DNA of 64,000 nt from the human T2T-CHM13v2.0 reference genome, Homo sapiens (GCF_009914755.1 NC_060933.1); one strand, 5' to 3'. Numbered from the stretch's first letter, positions 1 to 15,316 are shown. Notes: a model not told the origin generated them from the sequence alone. Program-made: numbers and translations.

Positions 1-819
1 TTGGTGCCATTTTCAAAATGTGAATGAGGATGACATTCTCAGAGAGGAAATACTCAGAAAAAAAGATGGCACAGAATACACAAGTAAACAGTGTGTGGAG
101 TGGTGAAAGATGAAGAAGAGGAGCAAGCCTCTTGCAGGTCCCACAGGATGACGGGTCTCCAGCTTCCTGTACAAACGTCTGAATGCTTACCCTCATAGGA
201 GAAACGCCATAGATGGGCAAAACATGATCACAATGACAGTTTAAAACAATTCCCCCAGAAACTAAATGGAGGGCGGACTGGCCAAAACAGAGACAGAAAT
301 CATGAAGACCACTTCAGAAGACAGATTCATCAATACATTCATTCCATAAATACTTGTTCAAGACCGAATGTATGCCACATGCTGCACTAGCCTGGGACAC
401 ACTGGTGAACTGGACTCACTTTCGGCTCCTTTAAAGCTTAAAATCTAGTGAGGCGATGTGGACAAGTAAGAAGGAATTGCAAAGGTGCTGTGATAGGAAA
501 AGAATTCAGAGATTTCGGGCTTCATTCACTCATTCATTTCATAAATATTTAATACTGCCAAAAGATAGATCATGAGAGCTTGAAATAAGAATCATGATAG
601 AACTAATGCAATAAATATTTTAACAGGGTTCACCCAATTAAATTATTAAGCAATGTAGACTGTCATCATCTTAGTTGACTAAGAGACTATACCATGCAGT
701 TTGTTGGAATAAGCAGGGAGTTGAGAGATATGCCTTGGTTTTAACATCTTGAGTGCTGTTGACTTTAATGGAAGTTTATCAACTCATAGTAAAATGTTAT
801 AAAAATGATGAGCTATAAA

Positions 820-1100
820 ATTTGTATTTTATTATGAAAAATGTTAACTGTATTCACAAGTAGACAGAATTGTAATGAATCCTCACGTACCGATAACCCA
901 ACTTCGGCAATGATCAACTCATAACAAATCTTATTTCATCTTTATCCCCATCTACACTTTCTCTCCCTGTGGTACTTTGAAGCAAATCCCAGATATCATA
1001 TAACTTTGCTTCTAAGTAGTTCAGCATGTATCTCTAAAAGAAAATAAATCTTTATTAAAAGAAAAAAACACCAAAACTTTATCACACATACAAAATGTAC
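820..1100 (-). mobile_element. Old L1 (L1MC-like) 3'-end fragment
   Basis: tttattatgaaaaatg...aatgatcaactcat...tttgaagcaaatcccagatatcat...ttcagcatgtatctctaaaag resembles an antisense L1MC 3' UTR. Confidence 0.65.
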
Positions 1101-1891
1101 ACAATTTGCATTTTTGAGTTTTCTTGAAATTAGAAAAAGACCTTATGGTGCTATTAATATGAGAAACTAATTATCATTACATTTTACCATTTGAAAAATT
1201 ACCTAAGCTCTGGTAAAGGCATTCATAAAATTAAATATGCATTTTCAGCATGGTGGCATTTAAAGGATGAATATGCTACTGTAAAGGCAGTAGACATCAC
1301 AGTCTACAAAAAATGCCAGGCGGATTTGTAGCTGTAAGCTACAATTTGTGACTAACTGGCTGTTGTGAATCTATCAGAACTTTGATGAGTCAGAGAACCA
1401 TTTCTGTATATCTTTTTCAAAAAAAAAAAAAAAAACCAGAAATAAATTGTTCATAAAACCACAGCAATTAATGCCACTATAAAAAAAGAAAAAAAATTTA
1501 AACCATGGTTTAAAAAATAGACAAAGCTCATTTTGCTATCTTCAAGATGCCAAAAATAATACTTAATGTCGCATAAGAGCTATGTGATTTCAAAAGGTAA
1601 TACTACAAATATAGGCCTCTAACTAATGGATGTAAAATCATAGACATACAGATTATTAAGAGGTGGAAAGAACCTCTATTCTGTCTTTCTTGTTATAGAT
1701 GATGCAATCACTTGCCATTCCAAATTTTTAATTTAAAATTAACTGTTTGAAAAAGAAACTGGGAACTTTTTATTGATACTCTTCTGCTTTACCTATGTTT
1801 AAATATAAATTTCAAGTAAAATGTAACTGGGTAAATCAGTTTCTAAAAATTCCATAGAATAAATAATAAAGCATAATTATACCTCATTTTA

Positions 1892-2200
<309 letters not shown>

Positions 2201-3239
2201 TTAATGTGACCACAGCTTGAGAAACAGAACAGTGTCGTTCTGGGTATGTCATTTCTGGAGAAGAGGATCAATTAAGGCAACTGCAACTACTGTAACTATA
2301 TCAGACTTTTCATTAAACTCAGGCAAATTCATGGGTCTCCTTTTGTAAAGGGCACATAAATCAAGGGTGTTTATATAGAAGTTGAAGATGATTATGTAAT
2401 TTTTAATGTAAATTATATAAATTTTAAGAAGCAAAGCATTTGTATTTTCTTAGCCAAAATGACACACTTGCTTTTACTGAGTAATTATTATGGGTCCATT
2501 TATTTTTTCAATTCTTTTTTGGGCATGCACCTAATAATAACGGTACGTTCATAGAGGATTATACAGACCAACACAGAAGAAACAGAATACAATTTGCTGT
2601 TCAAGTTGCAAAAGGAACCACAAACTCTTTCCTTAAACAACAAAAGTAACTTATAATAGTAAACATAAGAATGGGAAGGTTCACTGACCAAACTGAAAGG
2701 ATTTGCTTTAGAGACAGGTGAAGAACGGTAGTATCAGAATATAGGTTTAATTGCCTTTGTTTTCTCATTAAATGAAATTAATTCTTGGCCCATTAATAAA
2801 AATACACTGCTACACAGCATGCAGAAGGCACTATGCTAAGAACTTAGGAAGATACAAAAGTGAATCCCCGCTCAAAAAAAAAAAAAAGACAAAAAAACAA
2901 AAAAAAAACACCCTCTCTAGACTAGAAGGGGAAATAAAAGATCAATTATCTGGGGAAAAAGTAAAGATAGAGTTTCTAGCTATTACATTTTAATCATGAA
3001 CCAAACTAGTGTTATTTTAATTTTAATTTATTTTGAATGTCTACAGTCTAAAAGGCTTCATGCCAAGGTGAAAAATGATATTGTTTCTATGTGTAATGTG
3101 CTCATATGCTACAAAAAAAAGTTTGAAGAATGAATATATAGAAAAGATACTTTAAAGTGACCTTTCTGTGAAGAAAAACAAATACCACGCTTTACACAAT
3201 CTACTGTCCCTCAAGCAGGAAGAATACTACATAAAAAGA

Positions 3240-3345
3240 TTAAGTTGAAAATAAGTTGAATAATAATAAAGTTGAATAATGCATAAATATATAATAACTT
3301 GAATAATGCATACATAATAATGCATAAGTTGAATAATACATAAAA
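3240..3345. repeat. Degenerate AT-rich minisatellite (aagttgaataat[gcata] units)
   Basis: About five copies of a(g/c)ttgaa(t)aat with variable spacers. Confidence 0.75.
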
Positions 3346-6043
3346 TAAAGAAGCTGAAAAGAGATGCAAAATGATAGGCAAAGGATTAGCTGATGTTTCT
3401 ACTGGTGGGAGGGAGGCAGGAGTTGCTGGTAGTTGAAGAGAAACAAGTAGAGGCCAGTGATGGCTTAAAATCAGACAGAACAATTTAAATTTGATTTAGA
3501 AAGTAATAATTTATAAATGAATTGATTTTAGAAGAAAAAACTTTCCAAAAATTTGACTTTTTTTTTCTGTTCTCACCGCCCTTTTCACTTGTACCTGGCT
3601 GAACCAAAAATTTTCTTCCTAGTCTCCTCCAGGCCTTCCTCTCCATGGCACTTTATAAAAACCAGCAGCTGGCATCGTATCCTTCAAACAGTATCTTTCT
3701 CATTGCAAGATCTACCACAGTATCACATTTTTAAATAGCTCTTTTTCTTTGTTATTCCATTTTGTTTAAACTTCAGTGAAGCTAATTTTCTTATGGCTTC
3801 CATTAGGAGCAGGAGAAATATGTTTTTAACTCTGTGCCATCCCTGATCTATGACATTCCCTTGAACTAGAAAATGAGGCATTTCCACTCTCCTTATTCCA
3901 CGCATAGAACAATGTTTTATCCACTGAACAAACTTGTTTTCTCCTTAAGTAATCTCTCTTGGAAATCCCTGAGATCTAGATTTCATTAATGATCTTTTGT
4001 TTGTATCTTATATTGCTTGATGAATTTTTCATTGTTATTTACTTGTATCCACTGCGTATGCTTTTTTTAAAAAGGTGACTAATGGCTTACCTCCTAAGGA
4101 ACATGCTTTTACCAAAAACACAAAAAGATGTAGAGGCTGGAAGAATATGCTACTTGGGAAGAGAATGAAAAAAAAAAGTAGAAATGAAAGAAAGAAGAGG
4201 TAAAGCAGGCACCGTGTCTAGGCAGCTTATTTTAGAATCTCTGGCATGTGAAAGAAACTGTATTATGAAGTGATGACTAGTAGTGCAGGATGAGAAAAAT
4301 AACCATAGCCAGTATATCTTAAAATTCATGTTCCATGAATAAATATCACCAGATGAGAAGTAGCTGACTGTAAAGCAAAGAGAAAAGAAAATCAATCACT
4401 GAGATTCTAGTAAGTGTGAGGAACTATGGCTATGCATCAAGATGCCAAACAAAACCACGTGGTCCCTGTCTTGGTGATGCTCATGGTTTAGTAGAGAGGG
4501 CAGAAATTAAAGACAGAAATGCATTAAATAGTTGCAATCATAATAATACTGGATTGCAGAAAGAATTCTTCTTAATGACAGATTAGAGAGAATAATTTTT
4601 TTAAAAAGATTCACATTGATGGTGTTATTCTTCAATGTGTACACCCATGTTTACATTTATAACTGGAAAATTAGCTATGACTTTAGAAACTCATCGTGTA
4701 GTTGAATATGGAATAAAAGATCACCATGTAAGAAAAAAGTTCAAGTAGGCTACTGATAAAGTTGGTTCATTTATTCTTAAGCATCCCTTTAAATAAGTAT
4801 TTTGCAAAATCAAATTATCACACGATTTTTCCTGACCATACTATATATATTTTTGGCACTGTAACATATATACATCCTAGGCCTTGATGTGTTATTTATT
4901 TCACGTCATCACTTCAAAGAGATAAGGACTTAAGCAAATAAAGAGTTAGATCAACTCATCTCCCAACAAGGTAATTTCATCTACAAAGGAAGAGAGTCGC
5001 TGTGAAACACAGCGTATGTACTCGACTCATCGGCAGCTTGCACAAATTGCGCTCCAGATGTATATCTGTTCAAGTCAGCCCAAGGCAACAATTTTGATCA
5101 ATTCTAATGTGATAAAATGCTGCAGGGAAAGTGTGCAGAAACGTGTTTACGTCAGCCCTTAATTAAACTGTTGTTCACTTCCAAAGAACCTTAGGAAACA
5201 CTAATGAGACATGAGTTTTGGCAATTTCTTCATCAAAGCAAAGACCCCTTCCTCAGTCTGTAGCAGCCTGTCATCCAAGTCGCTCCCGGGATAAATGTCA
5301 CATGGCACTCCAATCAGTTAGCCACCTGTTAGTAGAACTTCATTGAAGTCAACTAGTGATCTAGGGCAAGCTCAAACAGCACCTTAACACCTGCCTGTCT
5401 GGGACACCTGCTCCTTTTTCACATATAGTAGAGCAATATGTTAGCTTTTCCAATATGCTCGAGTAGATTAAGGTTACAAATCAGACTACTAAAGCCTACA
5501 TAGAAAACATACAATTTTCTTTTTTGAAAAATTCCTTTTCTTCCCTATAGTAACACAATTTTTAACAATTTCAAATTAATTATGTAAGAACACGCAAGAA
5601 TTCTTGAATTTCTGGAAGCTATTATTTTCAGCAAACCATATCACTAAATTAAAATGTATTAACCATGCCAGTCCTATGATTTAGTCCTTTTTCTAGGATA
5701 GAATAGTCCTATTTCTATCTGGTTAACAAAGAAGTAAATTCCTTCAAAATGTTTTAAAAGTGTAATTATTTTACATATTCCTAAATTGTCTTCCTTATTT
5801 ACATGCCATACTTGTAACTTGTAAACAAGTCTAAATGAACCCTATAGAGACAAGTCACCATTTGCTGGCTACTTTTATTCTCCAGTATTTAACGTTAAGG
5901 TTTGTTTTATTGCTAAGTGCTTATAAAGCTATAATCATTGTTAAAATATCTACATATTTTCTTTATTTTTCACATTATCAAGCTGCTAAACAATTTACAG
6001 GATTCCTCTTTTTCCTTTCTATCTTTTATTATTGTGTAAATTT

Positions 6044-6350
6044 CATTTATTTATTTAAATTTATTTAATTATTTTAGAGACAAGGTCTCACTCTGTTGCC
6101 CAGGCTGCAGTGGCACAATCATGGCTCACTGCAGCCTCAAACTCCTGGGTTCAAGCGATCCTCCCATCTCAGCCTCCCAAGTAGCTAGGACTATGGGCAC
6201 ACGATCACACCCAGCTAATTTGTAAATTTTTAGTAGGGACAAAGTCTGGCTATATTGCCCAGGCTGGTCTGGAACTCCTAGTCTCACGAGATCTCCTGCC
6301 TTGGCCTTTGAAAGTGTTGAGATTATAGGCTTGATTCATTGCATACGGTC
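6044..6350 (-). mobile_element. Alu (AluJ-like)
   Basis: T-rich tail then agagacaaggtctcactctgttgcccaggctg...cctcaaactcctggg...gattataggc; diverged. Confidence 0.92.
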
Positions 6351-8097
6351 TTCTTTTTTCCTTTCTTCCTTTTTTTCTTCATCTTCTTTTTTTGTTGTTT
6401 TTTGGCAGAAGAAAACTCAAAGTGTAATGAAAACAGTTGCAAAACTTCTGTTAACTTTGACCCTCTGGTATGATACTGACCAGAGGAGTTTGATACAGAC
6501 CAGAGAAGGAAAGAACATACATAAGCACACTTAGCTTAGAGACAGTCCAATGGCTGGGATTTGACAAGATTATATTATATTGACAAGTTTTATCAAGTTG
6601 ATACACCCTCATAATTTTCAAAGTTCTTCATTTTTTGGACTTTTGAAAGTATTAGACTTTCATAGATTTTTTTAAAAAGAGTTTTCTAGATAAACAAAAA
6701 CTCTGAATATTGAAAACCTCTTCAGAGACCAAATTCATTGCTGGGTGAAGGCAAAGGTGGTCAACACATCCATCACTCCATTGAAACTCTGTCAAGCAAC
6801 ACAGCACTGAAAGAGAAAAATGAGCTTTAGCTTAACTGGGATATTTCTGCTTTCCATTAAAATGTTGGGTGGAAGCTGGAAGACAACAGGAAAAAGAAAA
6901 GAACCATCTGTATAAGATAATAATGTTATTTAAAATAAATAAGGTAGTAAATGACAGGCTACCAAATCAAGTGTGTGGGATGAGTTTTGTAGCTGAAATC
7001 TGACATTTTTACTTCAGGCCACAAATCCAGAGTCAGTCCTGAGACAAGGAAACAGTTTGGGCTCTGTTCCCAGAGGACAAGGAGAAGGCAGAGAAGATGA
7101 CTGCCAACTGAAAGCTAAAAAGACCACAATTTCTCTGCCTCTGTTTTTGCCCTGGGATAAACAGTGTTGAAGAGAGGAAAGTGTCCAGGTTATTTATAAG
7201 TGTATGAGTGTTATGTAGAATAAGACAACTATTAAGGCCAGATTGGGGCAGCATCTAGCCTGCCAGATACTTAAGATCCCAGTCCAAAGCTTTGAGGTAT
7301 TTATTTCTAAGGATCTCCATGTAGAGAATGACAGCAATCCTTACTTTAACAGGTTTTACCTAATAAATAAAGGACTGATGATGGGTGAGGGTGTGTGTCC
7401 TGAAGGAGGAAGAAAGGAGAGAGAGAGACCAAGCAGGCTCTGCCTTTACTTGAAAGCTTTGTACAATCCTTTGTACAATACCCTCTCAATTTCTCCATTT
7501 TCTTCACAAATGGAGCTATCCTGGCTCATGGGGAGAAGACACATGGTGTGTTCCTTGATGGTTTAAATAAAATTCAAATGATAAAAAAGAGGTGCATGGG
7601 TAAAGTCACAGGGCCATAAAGAATGTTCTATAAATTTCTATCAGAGGACATGCTTTGAAATTGCTTATAGAGCCATGTGCTACATTGAAATTATTACGGC
7701 TTATAACAATGGAGTTAAGCCACTCAGGCACTGCTCTAGGGAATGTAAATTGATAAGATCTATGCCAATATTTACCAAAAGCCTTAGAAATGGACATAAG
7801 ATTTAACTTAGTAATTCTACAGTAGGAATGTATTTATTCCCGTAGCAAAATTTCACTGAACTTCTACTTGGTGACTTCATGCCAGGCAGTATGCTAGGGA
7901 CTTGGGACAGTGAAAAGAACTAGACAAGAATCACCCAATCAGATTAGGCACAGAGTTACATGCAGTGATGTTCACTGTATCTCTCTTTATAATACAAAAA
8001 CTCCAAAACTATCTAAATATTCATCAGCAAAGTAGATATTTAAAATTCTATGGTGTAGCCAAAGTGTGGCATATTATGTACTCATTACAAAGTGGAA

Positions 8098-8418
8098 GGC
8101 TGGATGGGGTGGCTCATGCCTGTAATCCCAGCACTTTGGGAGGCCGAGGCGGGTGGATCAAGTCACCTGAGGTCAGGAGTTCGAGACCAGCCTGGCCAAC
8201 ATGGCGAATCCCCATCTCTACTAAAACTACAAAAATTAGCTGGCCATGGTGGCGTGCATCTGTAATACCAGCTACTGGGGAGGTTAGGGCAGGAAGAGTT
8301 GCTTGAACCAGGGAGGTGGAGGTGGCAGTGAGCCAAGATCACGCCACTGCTCTCCAGCCTGGGTGACAGGGCGAGACTCTGTCTCAAAAAAAAAAAAAAA
8401 AAAAAAAAAAGAAAAAAA
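8098..8418 (+). mobile_element. Alu (AluSx-like)
   Basis: ggctggatggggtggctcatgcctgtaatcccagcactttgggaggccgaggcggg...gagactctgtctc plus long A tail. Confidence 0.95.
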
Positions 8419-11400
8419 GGAAATTGAAGGATATGGTAAAATGCCATTAGATTATAAAGACAAAAAAACTTACAAAATAGCATATATCATATAAGCTCAA
8501 TTTACTGCAAAAATACATTCATAGAAATAGAACGCACCGAAATGCAGAAAAATACATAGAAAAACAGGCTAGCATATATACAATGAAATACTAACAGAAG
8601 TTATCTTTATGTGATGAGATTACAGGTGATTTTTATTTTCTTCTTCATATTTGAAAGTTTGTTTTTTCAAATTCCCCACAAATAACTATTACTTTTACTG
8701 TAAAAACTGTAAAATAGATATTTTTGGGAAAATTGTTGCCTGTAGCTCCACAGAATACTATAAATAATTCCCAAAGCTGGGCTGACAATATTGAATCCTG
8801 TTAGGTGTCCCACATTACACTGCAAGAAGGAAAGCTTCATATTAGTTTAGGTACTGGATATTGCAAAACTGTAAAATGAAATGCTTCAATGTAACATTTG
8901 CAATTTAGTTGGCTACAGGCAAAACAATGTCTTTTGAAAATACAGTGAAGAAAAAAGAATATCTAAATATCTGTGTCTAAGGACTCCTCTAGATGTAAAA
9001 TTTTATGATTGTGTGGCAAATGTGAACAAGTCCTTCCCACACACTCCAAGTTAACAAAAAGCTCTGAATGTTATGACAAGACATATGGATGTAATCCCAC
9101 TACAGTAGTTTGATGATGATGCCAGATGATTCAAAAAATAATTAGCTGCCATGTTAAGAAAGTATCTCCTTATATATATATATTTACATTTATCACACTC
9201 TAAAATAACACTGGAAAAAATGGCAAGCTACGTTAAGAGGAGATAAGATGTCATCTTCAATTAGATTTCTCAACCATTTTTTTTAAATTTATGAAATCAG
9301 TTCCTTTTCAAACGAGAAAGTATGGTGGTCTTTGTGTTAAATAAATGAAATTCTTACTTTAATTACTGAGTTATTTAATCTTAATTACACTTGAGCATAT
9401 TATTGTATTCCTCAGTAAAGTAAAATCTTTTCTAATAGTTTAAGTCTCTCTTGCCATATATTTTAGCCCAAGCACGGTTAAGTAGCATGTTCCTACAAGT
9501 CTCAATTTTATCACTTCGCTATAAAAAAGGTCTCGAGGCTACACCTACACCCAATACCAAGTTAAAGCAAACCTCTTTGAAGCTCACAAATGTCTTCCAG
9601 AGACACTTAAAAAAATCCTTTGAATAATGAAGAACAGTGCTAAAACAGTGAATATGGAATAAATGAAAACTACTTTTTAAAAACACTTCAAAATGCTTTT
9701 GTCCACTAAGCAATTTCATTTTAACAGACAGACAATGATAAAGGGTCTTGAGTAATGTGTGTAAACCTAATTTGAAAGAGAGAAAAAACATCAAACAATT
9801 ATGCAGGACTTGGAGCATATTTTCGTCACTTATTAAACACTGGCATAGGTAAATAGCTGCTATTCACCATGCCTCTCGGGAAAACCTCTTGGCTATGGAG
9901 TCTTATTAATGTTAAGCATCTGAGAGCCATGGGCTATAAAATAAAATCAATACCATAACCTTAACTGTAAAAGTCAGAAAGATACTGGAAGGGTTCTAAT
10001 TTAACAAGATTACAGATGAGTTTTCAGAGGAGAACATTTGGGGAAAAGCCATACATTTAAAAACATTTATGCTACAAGACATCTCAAGGTTTTTGTTGTT
10101 ACTAATGCTGTTATTATCCACGCTGGTAATGGTTAGAGTTGATTTAACTGATGTGTTACTTTAGTGGATTTACAGGAAAGTCCTATAAATGATCTGGAAC
10201 TTACTTCAAATAAAATCATTACACTGAGGTAGTAAACTAATTGCTTGAGAACAATTATGATTTGATGTGATTTAGTGTGGTAGAAAAAGAATTACAAAAA
10301 TTTTAAGGTCATCAGTTCAGCAGCTCAATGCAAATATGATTACTCTGCACAATATTCTGTTGCTCTTAATGGAAAAGTAGTCAAAATTGGTATAAATTGT
10401 AGTGTTTAAGTTCAACCTAAATCTATATTTTTTTTCTCCAACAAATGTAAATGAAGAAAAAAAGAACATTCTGTCAATGAAATTACTATGATGGCATATT
10501 TATTATCCTAATGGTTTTAGAAATCATGTGAAATTCATCAGTAACAAAACCTCTATTTAGTAATGGACCAATTACATTTGTGAGATAATGTCAATGAAAC
10601 CGAATATTGTCACAGGATAATGGTCTCCCATTGCTACATCCCTAGTCATTTAGAGAAAATAAATGTTGCTGTCTGGCTGAGTCATTTGTTTTCAAAGTAG
10701 GAGACACTGATTCCATAACAAGGTTCTGTTACAATAACTCAATCTCTATCAATCATTTGTTGCACCAGAATGGTGCAGGACAGGACATGCATTTGTGAGA
10801 ACTGCGCATTCCTCAGGTGTAAAGCAAAATATACGGGGCCTCCAAGCACATAAGCAGCCCAATTATTGTTATTCAATGAGAGTGTTTAAAATGAACATTC
10901 AAAAAATAATTTAAGAAACAGAAAACTTTCTGAATTTTCCAAAAGATCCATGTTAATGACGGCTTTGGAAAGACTCAAGTACTGAAGATCTTCAAATTCT
11001 TGGACTCCAATAGATTCAAAATCTAAAATATTAGAACACAAATCTTAGTATACAACTTTGTTATTTTACAGATGGGAAAACTCAAGAGTTACTGAAGTTA
11101 AGTGATTTGTCTAAGACCACACCAGTATTTAGTGTTTCCTAATCACAATTACAGTGCACTAGGCTTAAGGCAAAAAGACTAGAACAGAACTAAAAGAAAA
11201 CATATGTATGATAATAAATATATACTTTATTTTTATATTTTGACAAATATAGCTCATTTTAAACTGGCCATATATCACACACTTCTACTAAAGACATTCT
11301 AGAACTTAGGATTATTTATTACTATCTTATTAAATGGAAAAGTGATTTTAACCTGATTTCAGAGCAAGGACTACATGCATGAATCTCTAAGGAGTCTACG

Positions 11401-11899
11401 AACCCCTGTGAAGTTATGTGCATTCATCTGTATTGAAGTTTCATGCATTAAAAAAAATTGTAACAGAGGTTTTATAATTAGTTTGCAAAATCATAAACAT
11501 AATATCTCAATGACTTATTTGGGATACAGTATTATATAGCAATAACGAGCATGGGTTTCTTCAGCAAGAGAGCCAGGGGTTCCCATTCTACCTCTGCTAC
11601 TTATGATCTGCATGATCTATGATGAGTTTCTTAAGCATGATCAGTTTAGTAAGCTGTAAAATGGGGTTTCTGTCAGGTTTAAAAGAAAAATAGATATAAA
11701 CTTAGCCAAGCACCTGACAGAAAGGAAGGGCTCAATAAATAAATGACAACCACAAATGGCAATAGAATCTTGTTTTCCATGTTTCATTTACATGTGCTTG
11801 TTGAAGACAATTTTTAAATTTACATGCTTTCTTCAATAAACAAATAACACAGAAAAAGGAGGCGAATAATCAGTGTAGGCTAAAAAGAAGGTGAAAATA

Positions 11900-12240
11900 C
11901 AAATATAATCTATGGACTAAATTTGAGTCCTGATTCAAACAAGACAACCTTTGAGATATTCTAGGGAATTTGAACATGGATTATATGTTAGATTATATTA
12001 AGAAATTAATGTTATATTTGTTAAATTGATAATAGTACTGTGATTATGTAAAAAAAAAAAGTTCATTGTTCGAAATACTCAGATCTATTTACATGCAAAA
12101 TGACAGATATCTGGGATTTGCTTTAAAATACTTTTAAAAACTGGGAGATAGTAAATGCAATAAGACTGGCAAAGTGTTAATAACAGTTGAAGCTGTGTGA
12201 CAGTACAGTGAGGTTCACTTTACAATTCTACTTTCAATAT
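11900..12240 (+). mobile_element. Old L1 (L1ME-like) 3'-end fragment
   Basis: ggaatttgaacatgga...gatatctgggatttgctttaaaata...ggcaaagtgttaataacagttgaagctg. Confidence 0.7.
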
Positions 12241-14146
12241 TCTCCAGGCCAAAAGACTTCTTAAAATTGTGCTTAAACATTCATTTCAAACAAACTCTTC
12301 CCCACATTTATTCTTCAAAAGCATTCATATCTTCAGTTTATTTTAGTTGAAAAAATTTTAATCCTGGCACTAATAATAATAGTTGATTTATGTGTGTGTG
12401 TGTGTGTATGTATATGTAAAATTTTACCATCTCAAAATTTTGTTTTGAGAATTCTTTCAGAACCCTGAAAACTCACAAATACACCTCTATTTTCTCATTC
12501 TAGTTCTGTTAGGTCTAACAGAGTCTTCCTTAAGCTTTCCAAGAAAAGTGTCCCTCTGGGAAGACTTGCGAAGCAGTGTTTAAATCTCCTAGGCCATTTG
12601 TAAGTTTACATACTGATTCCCTAGGCAGGCTGCAGGATAACAGAAAATGAAAAAAATCCCTTGAACAAAGATCTAGGCTCTGCCATTCATTAGTTGGGAC
12701 AGGACAGCCTCTCTGATCCTTGGACTACTTAGCTGTGAAACAGGAGCTTGAATTATGTCTTACTAAGGGTTCTAATAATTTGTGATCTGTACCTGAAAAA
12801 TCAATTTCTTATTGTATATGATATTGGGAGTCTAATAACTCAAATGACACTGGCTTTCCAAACTACTTCACAATAAGCTTAAACATGAACTCAATATGTA
12901 AAAAGATTTGAAATAAAACCTTTTCTTATGCAGAGAAACTTTGTATGGCACACTATGACATTATCTCCCATGGGTTTCCCACTTCCCTATTTTAAGCTGT
13001 GTTCCATCAAGCTAGAAACCCAGTATTAAATAGAAAGTTGTTATTTTTTCAAACTAATTATCTATTGTGGTTTTTCTGCAAAATGCTGTATTTTCAAATC
13101 TTTAAGCCTCCAGAGCACAGAAATATGAGCACGACTTTTCCATATTAATCAGTACCAGCCCTTCTAACATGTATACAAGTTTACCCCATCCAAAATGCTA
13201 TTCTTGATTAGAACACATGAAGGGGGAACAAACATTCACTAATTAGGAGGCAATGTGGGGAATTCTGATGAAAGCCTTCACCAACAATTTATTGTTTTCC
13301 TTTCCATTTTGAAGAAGATCGTGTTGTGATTTTTCAATTACAGCAGTGTAGCAGTGTAGTTGAAGAGGCATTCCTCTTCAGGGTGGAAGCATCCTTGAAG
13401 TTTGCTTTCCAATGCCAGGGTAGTACCTAGAAATTCACTTAGAGTTCTTTACTTTTGATATTTTCCATAATAAGAAGCTAAACAAAGAAACTTAAAAATT
13501 GGGCTTGAACATCAAATTCAAACCATCTCTTCTTCACATTCATCCACCAAAAGCATTTGTAGCTCTCTTTTTTTCTGGTTCAAAACTTTGGTATTTGAAT
13601 ATTTGCCATTTCATCCCTGTGATACTAACTGCAGGAATATAAGGAATTGTTGGTGTTCTATTTGGTCCCCAAAGAGAACTTTAAAACTTCTTCCAGTATG
13701 GTTACTAAGCTGTCTGCACTGCCATTTTCTAGGACTTCATTTAATGTTAATGACTCCCAGATAGCAGTTATTCAACCATCTATGACAGCTGCTTATTCAC
13801 TCAGCTCCCACAGCTCTAGAGAAATCTTGAGATTATATCATTTGTCAGACTGTGGTTTGGACTAGAGCACTGTGTTCCAAAGTTTGGGCCTAGGATTAAT
13901 GCTCCCTATGGATTCTTTGATAGAAATAAAAGGTTCTGAAGTCACAAACTTAATAAACATGTTCAGTCAAGAGCCACTCCTGGATATTCACAGCACACAG
14001 TAGCATATTAAATATTCTGCATATTCATTTATGAATGAAAATAGTTGAAATTTTTGTTACAAAAAAACTTTGCAAATTTAGCTGACCACTCTTTTGTATG
14101 TAGCATATCTTTTCACATTCCTAAACTCACATTAGGAAATGCTGGG

Positions 14147-14430
14147 GAGCCTGGTGTGGTGCCTCACACCTGCAATCCCATCACTTTGGGAGGCCCAGGT
14201 AGGAGGATCAGTTGAGCCCAGGAGTTCCAGAACAGCATGGGTAACATAGTGAGACCCCAGCTCTACACAAAATTTAAAAATTAGCTGGGCATGGTGGCAA
14301 GTGCCTGTAGTCCCAGCTACCTGTGAAGCTGAGGTGGGAGGATCACTTGAACCTGGGGGGGTCAGGGCTACAGTGAGCCATGATCGTGCCGCTGCACTCC
14401 ATCCTGGGCAACAGAGAGAGAAAAAACAGA
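14147..14430 (+). mobile_element. Alu (AluJ-like)
   Basis: gtggtgcctcacacctgcaatccca...gagcccaggagttc...gtgagccatgatcgtgccgctgcactcca. Confidence 0.92.
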
Positions 14431-15316
14431 AATGCTGGCCTCTGATTCTGGTTCTGTCAGCATGCTATCACACTCTTATTTACTGTTACTTATTTCCTGA
14501 TTGAGCACATAATACTAAACTGGCATTTTTACTCTCTAGCCCCCAGTGTTCCCTTGGGCCCTCTGGCTTAATGCGTTTGACATTTAATACTATATCCTTA
14601 TAGAACTCTAGAAAGTGCAAACTGAAATTTAGCACAACAGTTAAGACTACCTTACTAATGAGAATATTTTCAAAATTATCAAAAATAAATCTCTAGGACT
14701 TGGAAACAAATTAAAATTTCAGAAAGACTTAACTGAGAAGACATTTATATAACAGAACTGGAGACTTGTATAAAAATTAGTAGTTTTATTTTTTAGTACC
14801 TAAGACACCAGAACACAATGCCTAAATATAGCTTGAGAGTCCAGTTTAATTTTTCAAACTACTCTCCAAATTGTAATAACATGCCAATATACCAAGTAGT
14901 GCTAGTTTTTGCTAACATGCCAATTTATTGATTTTATGTAAAGATTTACGGCTCATCGTCCTTAAAACTAAGCTAGCTCTAAAGCATGGAGTCGGTTCTC
15001 TCATAATCTTATTTATTTTAGTCCCCGATTTTTCTAAATAGTAAAAGTTACTTTTCCATTCAGGAGGTCAAGGGCTGGAAACTTAATTTATTCATATTTG
15101 TGTACCCAATGCCTATAAAAATTCCTCCAATATAATATAGACATTTGACAAATTGTTCATTGAACCAAATTATCTCAAATCCCATACATGTAGAAATTAA
15201 TAACATTTTACTGCATAAAGTCTTTTTGAATTTATATTTTATCTAAGATTACAGGTTGTTTAAATACTCATCTGGCTGAAAAGCTGTTCAAATTTCCATT
15301 TAGAAATCCCCAGCTG

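Noticed and set aside
3240-3345. Repeat-spacer-like array
   Set aside because: Short, degenerate AT-rich units with tiny related spacers in primate DNA; a minisatellite, not CRISPR-like.
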